A stretch of DNA of 51,109 nucleotides from a virus (taxonomy: Duplodnaviria > Caudoviricetes). The first letter of the stretch is position 1. The number at the start of each line of letters is the position of its first letter. The DNA is taken from positions 1 to 51,109 of the IMG/VR virus record IMGVR_UViG_3300035493_000046, one strand, 5' to 3'. Position numbers and translations under genes: made by a program. Below, piece by piece: positions 18,831-29,688 of this stretch. Under the pieces are notes generated by a model. That model did not search any database. It had not been told where the DNA came from and worked only from the letters and a program-made list of their open reading frames with translations.

Positions 18831-21800
18831 ATGTCAATCACAAATAAGAATTTCGAATTACAAAAGAATGATTTGGCTTTGTATAGCTACGACAACTATA
18901 TCGTTCCGTCCGATACACCAGCTTTAGAGCAGGATAGTAATAATAATGTTATCCTAAAGAACATATCAGATAATCCAAATACAAATAATTTTTATGGTGA
19001 TGGTAGACATGGTGACTTAGTAATTCGTTCTAATGTTGATATGTCTCCCCATGCCTTTTATTTTGAGATATACGAAAACCATCCAGTGTTTGGTCATATT
19101 CTAAAAAACGTATGGTATCAGAATAAAACCCCGTTTGAAACTGGAGAATATGTTATTCATAAGAAACACGTTAGAAATTCAGAGCAGGTATTGAATGGTG
19201 ACTGGGGTCGTTGGGAAATTGTCAATGTCGTCGAAGTTATAAAAGAAGGCAATAACACTCATTATAAGATTGAGAAAGCACCGATTGTTCAATTTGACTA
19301 TTCGTCTGCTAATGCAGGGTGTATGGTTTATCAATTCCGTAGTATGGAAGTACAAGCCAACTGTACTCTGAGAATGATTGATTCAGAAAAGACTTCAGCT
19401 AAAAAAGTGAACCCTAGACTAAGCCCGAACCTTTTAAGCCAAGGTTGGACTAATAGACACGCATTTTCTGCACCAGATGGGGTGTTCATGTTCAAATGTC
19501 AAACTGATGTGGTGATGCAACCAAATGGTAATCTTGTTGCATCTTTTGGTATTAGCGGGATGGATTTGAATTCCGGATTCCATGAAGGAAAAGTAGACAA
19601 TACCTCAACATTCTCAACTGGACCATTAGCCAGCATGAACTATGTCACAAACACAGGCGTGTTGGTTGAATATCCAACACTAGAAATGGATAACTGGTCT
19701 CAGGCATTTGGTACAGCAGTAGTTGCAATATATAACGGAAGAACCACACCTGGCTTGCCGGGAAATTTTGGTGGAAATAGAACATTAACTGGATTTGGTA
19801 ATAAGTTGCCAGTTCCAACGGATTTGAATAGAAATTTGCACCTAGGGCTTGGCGGTAACGCACGATGGTATACTGGTGCAAGAGGGCAAGCTGGTGGAGG
19901 CGTTTTAATCGTACAAGCTAAACGATTAATAATGAAAGATGGCGGCCGTCTTAGTACAATAGGACATTTCGAAAAAGCTGCATATCAGTCAAATATGCGT
20001 TCTGGATGTGGTTCGATTTTATCCAAAGTCAATGAAGTGATCATTGAAAATAACTCTTACTATTCAGAGTCAAGAGATAGACAACCGTTTGTTGCAAGCA
20101 GTGTTGATAATGCGGCATCTACATCACCGGGTCTAATACAACTGGAGTTTGATTCACTAACATGGATAAATGACGCAAACACAGCCCCTGTATCAAACGT
20201 TTTCACTCCTACCCTACTAAGTGGTAGCACATCACAAAAACGTTTGACGTTCAGTGTTTACCGGGATATGGATGAACATAACAACTATGTAAACACAACA
20301 GCAAATGACACTGGCGGTGAACCTTGGGAATATAAAGGAAACTTTGTATCAAGAGCATTCTATGATATTGCACCAAAGTATAATACTGGTAAGTTTTATA
20401 AGATGCGCTCTAATCCTCTAAAAACACTTAACATTAGAGGATGGTACAGCTTAACTGAACTTATCAATAAATGCGATGTCCCTGATGGAACGGATATAAG
20501 ATTCTTATTCTCTAAAGATAATGGGGCATCATGGAAAGCGATTGACTTCAATGGCGCAGAGCCTGTTTTAGTTAATGTCAATCTTACAGATGCAGAAATT
20601 ACAAGTAAAGGTAATACAGCCGAAGAGGTAAACTACACAAGTTCTGCTAACTTAACTAGAATGTTTATAGAACCTCAGATTACAGAGAACACACCAACTA
20701 TTGATATTTTGGTCGCATTAAAAACCACTAATGAGAATGTCACACCGATGTTCTCGTATATGTGGTTTGTTGGTGAACAGGCAGGTACACTATCTCCACC
20801 TATTCCTATGAGACCCTACGATAAGGAAGAATTTAATGGGCAGGATGTAAACTTCGTTTGGTTACAACCAGAGCAAGCAAAAGGTTCATTAGCAAATAGA
20901 TTAGAATTATCTGATACACCTAACTTTACTAATATGTTTAACAAAATTAGTTTAGAAACTGGCGGTGTTTCCACTTTAGGAACAGATATTGTTAATCCAT
21001 TGCAACCATTAGAATTATCTGATAGTTCTAATAACTTTGCGTATTTTAAATTGCCGTACATGAAAGAACGCTCAATGCCAGTCGTTACATCAGCAGATAG
21101 TAAACTTCCGTCTGTTGTTTGGAATCAATCATCTAACATGATTGAATACGTTGGCGAAGATTTATACTTCTTTAAGGGTAGAGAGATATTAACGCCTAAG
21201 AATCAGTATATCCCAATTCCAGAACAACTAAACTTTAAGCATAATAGTAGTAGCCCTTTATGGGGTAATACAATATCTCATATGGATTTTACAAACGTTA
21301 GCGTATCAAGTGATATTGTGGATAGCAAGTATCCTTGGGCAATCAAGAACATTCCGTCAACTGTTCCTAGACGTGATAGTTTTGCTCACGTCAACGTTAG
21401 TTATTTTAACGGTACGGGCGCGCATGGTATGTACGTTGAAACTGCTGTTGATCCGAGTGAGACTAATCCATTAGTAAGTAAACGTTTACCTCTTAGTTTT
21501 GTGTTTAGATGTACGGTCAATAGTTTAAGTAATGGACTTAACTATATTTTAACACATAAGGATGGCAAATCTGCCACAGTATATCGGTATATTGCGATTA
21601 ACTCCACTGATATTGGTGGAAGAGTTCATTATATGCTTCAGTCCTCTAGTGGAAGTATACAAAGTTGTCAACATCACTTAGTCGATCTTAACGACGAATT
21701 AGTGTTTGTGTGGGTTAGTAAGGCAGGCTCTTATGACTTATACTTAAACGGCATCAAGGTAATAGATAATGCTGCTGAATCTATATTAGCAGTAGGGCAA

Positions 21801-23570
21801 TATGCCAATAGAACGGGGAGATTTAACTTCCTTATGGATGGTTCAGGCACAAGCACTCTGTTAGGCTCAGTCATCTCATTCTCTACATTTGATAAGGTAT
21901 TGACAGAGGAAGAAATTGAGAGTTTATCAAAGACACCAAATTACGATTTGAGATACGCTCCAGAAACAGGTACATTCACTTGGAATATGCGTCCTTACTT
22001 TAATCATGTAGCAGAAGCAGATAGAATTCAAGACAGAGCATCATACCGCGGCAATTATTCATTAGATTCTGGTTGTGCAGAAGTAAACTTCATTGGCGAT
22101 GATTGGTCATATTATTCTACTAACAATAGCTTGTATATTGGTAGTTTTAATGGTTGTTTGAGAAAGGCTGATGCTTGGATACCTGCAGACCAATCACCTA
22201 ATATGATGAGATGTTATCCGTTTATATGGAATCATCAAGAGTACGATTGGCAAGGTTTTAGAACCAATTTGTTAACCAGAGAAAATAACTCATTAAGAAC
22301 GAACGATTCATTGGATACTAACCCTATCAAGTTAGTTAAACATGGTCGTATTAATGGAAGCGAAGAATCAGTTAGATTGGACTTTTCTTTTGAGGGGTTT
22401 GATTTAGAAACCAAACAGGTTATAGAACTTTGTACGGGTCGTTCAACTGACAATACGGTTGAGTATTCAAGACGATTTACTATATCTTATGACCCGACGA
22501 CGGAAGAAACTGGCACAAATACTCAGTACGAGAAGACTAGCACTGCTGCACGTTGGCAACTAAGATATAATAACACAACATTAGTTAATATAGACGGAAA
22601 CACCACGCACGAATTTCCGTTTCCTTTAGTTGTCGGTGGTAAATATAATATTCAGTTTAGAGTTAATGGTACTGTTGCATTGACCGAAGTTTGGATGTTT
22701 AGTGACACCGATCCAAATTATCAAACTGGTATTAAGCTTTATGCGTTTAGTGGTCTAGTGGGTAGAGGATGGCGCGATAACAAGTACAACACATCAACTT
22801 CGTGGTCTGCCGTAAACACGAATATTGAGGATTATTATGAAGATGTTTGGATGCAGATTTCTACCAACTTAGAAACATCGGCATTTGTCCCAATAAGCGT
22901 TAATACATTTACGTCTGCTAGTTCAGTAACAAAACAGCCTGGTCATGTATTAAGATATGACGTTAACCAAATAATTAGACCACAATACCTTAAAAAGGTT
23001 AATAGAGTATTAGCAAAGGCAACCGTTGATTCAAGTGCAACCAAGATAAGATTCTTTGTCAGTTTTGATGGTGTTAATTGGAAAGTATGGGATACAGACG
23101 AATGGGTAACACGAAACGTCAATAACGTTGACCTTGGTATGACGATTGAACAAATCACTGGAATAGGAACAAATGAATATTTTGGTACTGGTGGTATGAT
23201 AGAAGGAAGTAGCTTTTATCTTAAAACTGTCATGGAAACTAGCAATTCTAAGATTACGCCTAGGCTAAGTCAAGTTGAAATTAGTTATAATGGTCCGTAT
23301 GTTTATGATTCTTGGAATGAATTAGGGTCATATTACGATTCTGACGTAAATTTCTATTACAACTCAACAGGCACATGGAATCCATTTATTCCTATTGATT
23401 TTGACACATGGACACCAATGGGAAGCAATCCGCCTGATTCGGTATTCTTGACATCAGACAATGGCTCGCCTGGTTCGACTAACGTAAGAAAAGTATATGG
23501 AGGATGCACTATTCGAGTCGTGCCTGTTGGCTATTGGTACTGGCGAATTGCAGCGTATAACGGAACATGA
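18831..23570 (+). CDS. Giant virion structural protein (Gly-rich segment, LamG/ConA-like domains)
   Basis: YGDGRHGDL, GGGVLIVQAK, YDLYLNG..FDKVLTEEEI LamG-like motif; two IRF..S.D.G..WK...TP.....FS/LS segments; ATG 18831 preferred. Confidence 0.65.
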   Translation: MSITNKNFELQKNDLALYSYDNYIVPSDTPALEQDSNNNVILKNISDNPNTNNFYGDGRHGDLVIRSNVDMSPHAFYFEIYENHPVFGHILKNVWYQNKTPFETGEYVIHKKHVRNSEQVLNGDWGRWEIVNVVEVIKEGNNTHYKIEKAPIVQFDYSSANAGCMVYQFRSMEVQANCTLRMIDSEKTSAKKVNPRLSPNLLSQGWTNRHAFSAPDGVFMFKCQTDVVMQPNGNLVASFGISGMDLNSGFHEGKVDNTSTFSTGPLASMNYVTNTGVLVEYPTLEMDNWSQAFGTAVVAIYNGRTTPGLPGNFGGNRTLTGFGNKLPVPTDLNRNLHLGLGGNARWYTGARGQAGGGVLIVQAKRLIMKDGGRLSTIGHFEKAAYQSNMRSGCGSILSKVNEVIIENNSYYSESRDRQPFVASSVDNAASTSPGLIQLEFDSLTWINDANTAPVSNVFTPTLLSGSTSQKRLTFSVYRDMDEHNNYVNTTANDTGGEPWEYKGNFVSRAFYDIAPKYNTGKFYKMRSNPLKTLNIRGWYSLTELINKCDVPDGTDIRFLFSKDNGASWKAIDFNGAEPVLVNVNLTDAEITSKGNTAEEVNYTSSANLTRMFIEPQITENTPTIDILVALKTTNENVTPMFSYMWFVGEQAGTLSPPIPMRPYDKEEFNGQDVNFVWLQPEQAKGSLANRLELSDTPNFTNMFNKISLETGGVSTLGTDIVNPLQPLELSDSSNNFAYFKLPYMKERSMPVVTSADSKLPSVVWNQSSNMIEYVGEDLYFFKGREILTPKNQYIPIPEQLNFKHNSSSPLWGNTISHMDFTNVSVSSDIVDSKYPWAIKNIPSTVPRRDSFAHVNVSYFNGTGAHGMYVETAVDPSETNPLVSKRLPLSFVFRCTVNSLSNGLNYILTHKDGKSATVYRYIAINSTDIGGRVHYMLQSSSGSIQSCQHHLVDLNDELVFVWVSKAGSYDLYLNGIKVIDNAAESILAVGQYANRTGRFNFLMDGSGTSTLLGSVISFSTFDKVLTEEEIESLSKTPNYDLRYAPETGTFTWNMRPYFNHVAEADRIQDRASYRGNYSLDSGCAEVNFIGDDWSYYSTNNSLYIGSFNGCLRKADAWIPADQSPNMMRCYPFIWNHQEYDWQGFRTNLLTRENNSLRTNDSLDTNPIKLVKHGRINGSEESVRLDFSFEGFDLETKQVIELCTGRSTDNTVEYSRRFTISYDPTTEETGTNTQYEKTSTAARWQLRYNNTTLVNIDGNTTHEFPFPLVVGGKYNIQFRVNGTVALTEVWMFSDTDPNYQTGIKLYAFSGLVGRGWRDNKYNTSTSWSAVNTNIEDYYEDVWMQISTNLETSAFVPISVNTFTSASSVTKQPGHVLRYDVNQIIRPQYLKKVNRVLAKATVDSSATKIRFFVSFDGVNWKVWDTDEWVTRNVNNVDLGMTIEQITGIGTNEYFGTGGMIEGSSFYLKTVMETSNSKITPRLSQVEISYNGPYVYDSWNELGSYYDSDVNFYYNSTGTWNPFIPIDFDTWTPMGSNPPDSVFLTSDNGSPGSTNVRKVYGGCTIRVVPVGYWYWRIAAYNGT

Positions 23571-24631
23571 TAGGTCTAAGATATTCTGACATAATTGGTT
23601 TTAATAACTCCACGGAGAAAAGCCGACCTCCAATCCGTTATCGTTACTCAGAGATGGTGAGTTTCAATAACGGAATTGTTTCGTATTCCGAAAAGAAAAT
23701 CACAATAAACTATACAGAAATTTTAAGTTTCAATAATGGTTCAAGCTATATTAAGTCCATTCCTGATTTAAACTTTTCTTATGGTATTTTCGATTTTACA
23801 AAATACTTTGACTATGTTTATGACGAGTATACTGTTTATTCTAATTTCGAAGCTGTGCTAGAAAAGACTGATAGTAGAATATGGTATGAGTTTGATAACA
23901 GTGTGCCTAATGTTTTTAAACCATACCAAATGCGCATCATTCCTTGGGGTTATGCAGATGCTCGATTTGAGATGTCGATTAACTATCCAAAATACAACTT
24001 GGATATTGAGTTTGACATTCCTACGATTAGCACATCATATGGCACTGCATTAGATAACCAAACCGATTATATTAGAGAACCTGTTACATTTGAACCCGTT
24101 CATCATTTCCAAAGTATAGACGATTCTTATGTGTCGATGAATTATTATTATGATGATGGATTTGAAGAAAAGTATGTTACTACAGATGGAATTGTGACGA
24201 AAACCAAATACGTTATTACTGCGGAATGGGATACTACTATCGATAATGAACAACTATTTGGTCGGAATCCTTATAACTATTTGAATTTAACTATTGATGA
24301 ATTTGATAGAACATTGCCAAATGGGGAGAAATGGACTTTTGTAGATGATTCGGGTATTAATACAGATACAGCAACTAATGTATTTGATTCACACCCAAAA
24401 TATACTGAATTAACTTACACGTTTATGTACCCAAGTCGTAAACCATTTAGCGCAGTAGACGGAGCAACAGAATCAAATTACAATAAAGAAGTTAATCTGC
24501 TAATCACGTATGATAATGGTTGGAATGACATTACAACCACAGATAAAACAAAAATGGTAGAAGCCAAGCCATACGAAATAAAAAATACAGATATTACACA
24601 TGAGGCTAACGTACCAGGGGATTGTGTATGA
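23567..24631 (+). CDS. Virion structural protein, unknown
   Basis: ATGA overlap; three N-terminal YS(D/E)I..FNN repeats; beta-rich and acidic. Confidence 0.6.
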   Translation: MIGLRYSDIIGFNNSTEKSRPPIRYRYSEMVSFNNGIVSYSEKKITINYTEILSFNNGSSYIKSIPDLNFSYGIFDFTKYFDYVYDEYTVYSNFEAVLEKTDSRIWYEFDNSVPNVFKPYQMRIIPWGYADARFEMSINYPKYNLDIEFDIPTISTSYGTALDNQTDYIREPVTFEPVHHFQSIDDSYVSMNYYYDDGFEEKYVTTDGIVTKTKYVITAEWDTTIDNEQLFGRNPYNYLNLTIDEFDRTLPNGEKWTFVDDSGINTDTATNVFDSHPKYTELTYTFMYPSRKPFSAVDGATESNYNKEVNLLITYDNGWNDITTTDKTKMVEAKPYEIKNTDITHEANVPGDCV

Positions 24632-25923
24632 TTATATTTGGGCAAGAATGTGTAGAATATGCCGTAACATTTACCGATACTCATAATGCGGCTATACCAA
24701 GCACACTAGATTGGTACGTTACAGATTCATTATTGGATGGAACTGATAATACAAGTATTAAGACTAATGTACCGAATGACGAGAAGATAAGACACTCATA
24801 CCAATCAAGTGGAATCAAACCCGTATCAATTGAATTAGATTTTGATGATGGTTGGGGCAATATCTATCAACATCAATACTCGGAAGATTTTGAAGCGATT
24901 GCTTACTATGTTCCAGCGTTTGATTGGACATATACACTAGACCCGTTTAGGATTAATGAAGAATTTGTACTAACACCAGTATTTGATGATGCTAGACCGA
25001 ACGGTGAAATATTACACGTTTCGTATAATATGGATTCTGATAATAAATCGACTTTTGACCATACAGAATTGAATAAACTAGATACATTTACTCATTCATA
25101 TCCTGTTAAGAAAACATACACAATACAAGCGGATGTAACATATTGGGATGGTTGGGAATATCAGACTTACAGTTTCTATGATGCACCAAGAGTAGCTAAC
25201 TCACCACCTGTTGCAAATTATAGTCTATTTGAATCAGGCATTTGTGTTACTCGACTAGATTTAACCGATACGGCTACAGACCCCGATGGTGTAGATGATA
25301 TTGTAGATAGATATTTTGAGTTATATAAAGAAACTGATGTACCAGATACTTACGCATTAATACATGACGAAAACATTACATATACAGGCGGTATCTACTC
25401 TTATCAATTTGCTTTAGAGGGCAGATATAAGGTTATCTATACCGTAACCGATAGCGAAAGCGCACAAGACGTAAAAGAAACGATATATGACATTGTGTTT
25501 AGAGAATGTGGAGATGGTGCTGCTGGAACTGGTACAATGTCAGGGACAATTAATATTCAACCAGGTTGGCAGTTAGTAACTATTCCTACTATTCGCGGTT
25601 ACTTTGATATAGCACAAGGTAAGATTATCAAGGATAAAGCTGTTCACGCAACCGTCAAGAATTACTTGATAGACCAACTAGCCTATAAGCTGAATGTGCC
25701 AGTGGAACAGATGAATCAATACATTGAGGTCTGTATAGCTTATCGCGGTGGCGAGTTATCACAAAACTTTGTTGTTGGTGTAACACCTGCATCATCCGTG
25801 AATAACTTTAGACTAGCTTATATTGATGAAGAAAATAACAAAAAAGAATTTACAGCATTCTGGGTTAAAAATATATCAGGAATGACTTTACCAGAGATTA
25901 GTTGGGAGTATCTAGGTGGCTAA
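24628..25923 (+). CDS. PKD/Ig-domain structural protein
   Basis: NSPPVA..D.ATDPDG..I...G.YKV..TVTD; FTHSY; IQPGWQLV. Confidence 0.7.
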   Translation: MIIFGQECVEYAVTFTDTHNAAIPSTLDWYVTDSLLDGTDNTSIKTNVPNDEKIRHSYQSSGIKPVSIELDFDDGWGNIYQHQYSEDFEAIAYYVPAFDWTYTLDPFRINEEFVLTPVFDDARPNGEILHVSYNMDSDNKSTFDHTELNKLDTFTHSYPVKKTYTIQADVTYWDGWEYQTYSFYDAPRVANSPPVANYSLFESGICVTRLDLTDTATDPDGVDDIVDRYFELYKETDVPDTYALIHDENITYTGGIYSYQFALEGRYKVIYTVTDSESAQDVKETIYDIVFRECGDGAAGTGTMSGTINIQPGWQLVTIPTIRGYFDIAQGKIIKDKAVHATVKNYLIDQLAYKLNVPVEQMNQYIEVCIAYRGGELSQNFVVGVTPASSVNNFRLAYIDEENNKKEFTAFWVKNISGMTLPEISWEYLGG

Positions 25924-27349
25924 TAACGTATTAACTGGAAGACTGTTTGATGAAAACAGTGCCTTTATCGGAGATAATTCCGTTAGATACTTTGGGATTC
26001 ATCGGTCAGGTTCATTAACCACGGTTTCTAATACTAGAACATCTGAAGATGGATTCTATAACTTTAACCTAGGTGATCCTGACTGGCTTGGGCAAGATAG
26101 ACAGATGTTAGTTAATGATGACATTGCCATTGTTGTTTGGCAGAATCAATCAGAGGCAGTAAACTCTACTAACTTAACTCGATTTTCTGTTCATTTCTTT
26201 AAGCATACAGGGTTAGATGTGTATGTTAAAGACTTACAGCTTTTACCTAGTCAAGCCCCGTCTTGTAAGTTTTCAGTTAATGAGCAGTATGATATAGGCG
26301 AAACAATAACGGTTACAAACCAATCATCTGATATGTTCCAATGGGAATATAATGGATTGGTGCATTGGCATAGAGATTCTGTACTCGGTGTACCTTTGTT
26401 CGATATAGGACTTACCACAGAATATGATTTTAATGGAGTAAAACAAAGTGCTAATACTTACAGCTTTAGTGATATGGGTACTGTATATATTGGCGTGCTT
26501 AATACTAACAGATTTGGACTAACAAGTGAATGTTCAACGTCAGTAAACATATCATATAGACCACCCGTAACGGATATTCAATACTCGCCTAGCAATATAC
26601 AACTAGGGACTGTATTGGATTTAAACTTTACAACAACAGATATTGATTCTACTGTTACAAATATCGAATACTTTGTTAATAACGTAAGCATAGGTTCTTC
26701 TGCTGATTTAGTATTCAATTCAAACTATACCATAGCAGAAGTAAAAAGCACAGTTATTAAGGCAGTTGTATATTGGAATGATGGATATACTGATAAGGTT
26801 TCAGAGTTCACCAAAACAATCGCAGTAGAGAATCAGCCACCCGTTACAGAATTAAGTCACACGCAAGAAGAAAACGTTATAACAGCTACACACGAAAGCT
26901 ATGACCCCGATGGTGAGATTGTTTCTTACAAGTGGGAAATATTCTATACATTGCCGTTCAGTGATGAAGTTCGCTTAGTATATGAAGAAACTGAAGTAGA
27001 TTACACAACAAAAACATTCACTCTCCCACGGGCGGGTGAATATAAAATCAGATTAGTAGTTACGGATAACCTAGGCGCAACTGGATTTGATGAATTCGTT
27101 ACTACCGTTGGGTCTGTTGGCGGAGAGTGTGTACCTGACCTTATTATTTGTGATACGATTGTTGAATATAGATTAATACCAAAAACATTCAATATAAATA
27201 CTACCATAAGCCAATTTAAAACGAGCACCACAAACTCAATAATAAAAACAGAAACCCATACACATTCTTTTGGTGTTGATGTGCAAAGATATAGCTTTGA
27301 GGTTTCTGAATATAATTATAAGTTTAATGCGTCAAAGGAATCATGCTAA
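25916..27349 (+). CDS. PKD/Ig-domain structural protein
   Basis: NQPPV...SYDPDGEIVSYKW...GEYKIRLVVTDNLGA; GTG start after GGAG. Confidence 0.75.
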   Translation: MANNVLTGRLFDENSAFIGDNSVRYFGIHRSGSLTTVSNTRTSEDGFYNFNLGDPDWLGQDRQMLVNDDIAIVVWQNQSEAVNSTNLTRFSVHFFKHTGLDVYVKDLQLLPSQAPSCKFSVNEQYDIGETITVTNQSSDMFQWEYNGLVHWHRDSVLGVPLFDIGLTTEYDFNGVKQSANTYSFSDMGTVYIGVLNTNRFGLTSECSTSVNISYRPPVTDIQYSPSNIQLGTVLDLNFTTTDIDSTVTNIEYFVNNVSIGSSADLVFNSNYTIAEVKSTVIKAVVYWNDGYTDKVSEFTKTIAVENQPPVTELSHTQEENVITATHESYDPDGEIVSYKWEIFYTLPFSDEVRLVYEETEVDYTTKTFTLPRAGEYKIRLVVTDNLGATGFDEFVTTVGSVGGECVPDLIICDTIVEYRLIPKTFNINTTISQFKTSTTNSIIKTETHTHSFGVDVQRYSFEVSEYNYKFNASKESC

Positions 27350-27670
27350 ATGTCCAAGAAACCAGCAACTGTCACATTGAAAAGGGGCGATAGCTTTATT
27401 TTTTCAAATAATCAGCTATTAGGCGAAGATGAAATGCCATTGGATTTGACTGGATGGGAAATTCGATCGCAAATAAGAAACAAACAACAAAGACTAGTAA
27501 AAGAACTTGATGTCACGATAAACCAATATGATTATAGTATTTCTTCTATGGAAACATCAAAGTTTCCTGTTGATACATTGTATTGGGATATTCAATATAC
27601 CACACCAGACGGTGTTATATTCTCAAGTGATACGGTGAATGTAGTTGTTGTCCAAGACATAACATACTAG
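27350..27670 (+). CDS. BppU-N-like structural/adaptor protein
   Basis: LKRGDSF...PLDLTGW.IRSQIR...YWDIQ.T. Confidence 0.6.
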   Translation: MSKKPATVTLKRGDSFIFSNNQLLGEDEMPLDLTGWEIRSQIRNKQQRLVKELDVTINQYDYSISSMETSKFPVDTLYWDIQYTTPDGVIFSSDTVNVVVVQDITY

Positions 27671-27678
27671 AGGTTTAA

Positions 27679-28263
27679 ATGGCAACTACTATCACAACCA
27701 TATTAAACCAAGCACCTAAACCTGTTGCAACCATTGGCATTTCACAGATTGCTCTTAATGTATCGTCTGGAACGTTTGGGGTAGGTAGAGGTAAGTCGTC
27801 TTACGAAATAGCCAAAGAGCAAGGGTTCGAAGGGACAGAACTTGAATATTTGCAAGGTTTGATTGGCTTATCGGCGTACCAGATTGCATTAGACGAAGGT
27901 TTTGTTGGAACTCGTGCAGAATGGTTGGATAGTATAAAAGGTGATTCCGCTTATGCTGTTGCTCTATCAACTGGATTTGTCGGGACAGAAGAAGAATGGA
28001 TTAATTCGTTAAAATCACCAGATGCAGCAATCAATCCAACGCTAGAAGATGCTGGCAAGTTCTTAACAAACGATGGCGAATCTATATTATGGCAAGATAT
28101 AAACAAGGAAACATTAGGTCTTTCTAATGTTGATAATACGTCAGATTTAGATAAACCAATTTCATTATTGGTTCAATCAGAGTTAAACAAGAAACTAAAT
28201 ATTTCAGATTTAGAATCAGAGTTAAACACACAATCCATTTTATTAGATCAAGGAGAAATATAA
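27679..28263 (+). CDS. Fibre protein with three GxSAY...GF.GT..EWL repeats
   Basis: Repeats visible in the translation; also LSNVDNTSD.DKPIS. Confidence 0.7.
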   Translation: MATTITTILNQAPKPVATIGISQIALNVSSGTFGVGRGKSSYEIAKEQGFEGTELEYLQGLIGLSAYQIALDEGFVGTRAEWLDSIKGDSAYAVALSTGFVGTEEEWINSLKSPDAAINPTLEDAGKFLTNDGESILWQDINKETLGLSNVDNTSDLDKPISLLVQSELNKKLNISDLESELNTQSILLDQGEI

Positions 28264-29229
28264 ATGGCATTAGATATTTTATTTAAACGTGGCAATACGG
28301 CACAAAACGATGCACACACTGGTGCATTGGGCACCATTACTATTGATACACAAGCACGTAAAATTCGCGTTCACGATGGTGTTACAGCAGGTGGTCATGT
28401 TGTTGCTAATATGGCAGACATTGGTGCATTAGAGTCTGCTATCGGTAATTTGGGTATCACTGATATTGGTGGTTTAGAAACTGCACTTAGCACCCTAACG
28501 TCAGGTAAAATTAATACAACTGAAAAAGGTGTTGCTGAAGGTGTTGCTACTCTTGATGTTAATGGTAAAGTTCCATTAACACAAATCAACGATACTATAT
28601 TGGGTCAAGTTGAGTATAAAGGCGCATGGGATGCTGATACTAATACACCTGAACTACCAGTCACTCCAGCCAATAAAGGTGATTACTATATAACATCTGT
28701 TGCTGGTTCGTTTGCTGGCTTGGACTTTGAGGTTGGTGACTGGATTATCTCTAACGGCACTATCTGGGAAAAGGTAGACAATACCGATGCGGTTAGTTCT
28801 GTAAATGGCAAAACAGGTGTTGTTACCCTTACAAAAGGTGATGTTGGTCTAGGTAACGTAGATAATACTTCGGATGCTGATAAACCTGTATCAACTTTAC
28901 AACAAACAGCCTTAAATTCAAAAGCGGATTTAGACTCACCTGCTTTAACTGGTGTACCAACTGCACCGACTGCTGCCCCTTCTACTAACACTACTCAGAT
29001 TGCTACTACAGAGTTTGTCCAGAATGCCTTGTCGGCAGTAGATACAGGGGTTTCTAGTGTAAACGGTCAAACTGGTGTTGTAACTATTACTGCGGCTGGT
29101 TTGGGAATCGAGAAAGCAACCCAAGCTGAAGCCGAAGCTGCTGAAGATGATACGAAGTATATGACTGCTTTAAAAACCAAGCAATTGATTGAAGCTGGTA
29201 ACTTTACCATTGACTTAGGTACATTCTAA
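28264..29229 (+). CDS. Fibre protein with an Mtd N-terminal-like domain
   Basis: FKRGNTAQ...TGA.G.ITIDT....VHDGVTAGG; SVNGKTG, GLGNVDNTSD and SPALTGVPTAPTA fibre repeats. Confidence 0.75.
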   Translation: MALDILFKRGNTAQNDAHTGALGTITIDTQARKIRVHDGVTAGGHVVANMADIGALESAIGNLGITDIGGLETALSTLTSGKINTTEKGVAEGVATLDVNGKVPLTQINDTILGQVEYKGAWDADTNTPELPVTPANKGDYYITSVAGSFAGLDFEVGDWIISNGTIWEKVDNTDAVSSVNGKTGVVTLTKGDVGLGNVDNTSDADKPVSTLQQTALNSKADLDSPALTGVPTAPTAAPSTNTTQIATTEFVQNALSAVDTGVSSVNGQTGVVTITAAGLGIEKATQAEAEAAEDDTKYMTALKTKQLIEAGNFTIDLGTF

Positions 29230-29237
29230 AAACATTA

Positions 29238-29257
29238 GGGGCGAAAGCCCCATTTTT
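29238..29257 (+). terminator. Intrinsic terminator
   Basis: GGGGC-GAAA-GCCCC-ATTTTT. Confidence 0.75.
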
Positions 29258-29272
29258 ATTAAGGATTTTAAA

Positions 29273-29647
29273 GTGAGTTTAATCAAAGAAATCAATTTAA
29301 TCCGTGGTGATAGTTCAGACATCTACACATTCAGTTCTCCAGATTTCCCTGATTTCTCAGAAGACGAATGGGTTGGTCGATGGAATATTCGTGAAGCGAA
29401 TATCAAGGGAAATGTCATGAAAGAAGGAACACTTTCTAAATCCCCTGATGGTGATATGTTTATTTTTCGTTTATTGCCACAGCAGACTGACAATTTAGAG
29501 CCTTCTAAATATTTTTTAACGATTGAGATTGAGAATTTAGAACAAGCATTCCGTAGAGAAATTGTTCAGTGTGCTTTAAGCATACGCCAAGATGGGATAA
29601 ACCCTCCGATTGCGCCAGATGACCCTGACGAGCCAGATACGCCATAA
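29273..29647 (+). CDS. BppU-N-like structural protein (paralog of 27350-27670)
   Basis: LIRGDS...L.PQQT..L....Y...IEI. Confidence 0.5.
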   Translation: MSLIKEINLIRGDSSDIYTFSSPDFPDFSEDEWVGRWNIREANIKGNVMKEGTLSKSPDGDMFIFRLLPQQTDNLEPSKYFLTIEIENLEQAFRREIVQCALSIRQDGINPPIAPDDPDEPDTP

Positions 29648-29667
29648 TGTAGGAATATTCCTACATT
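29646..29667. repeat. Perfect 22-bp palindrome
   Basis: AATGTAGGAATATTCCTACATT. Confidence 0.9.
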
Positions 29668-29688
29668 TGCCCCTAAATAGGAAACACC

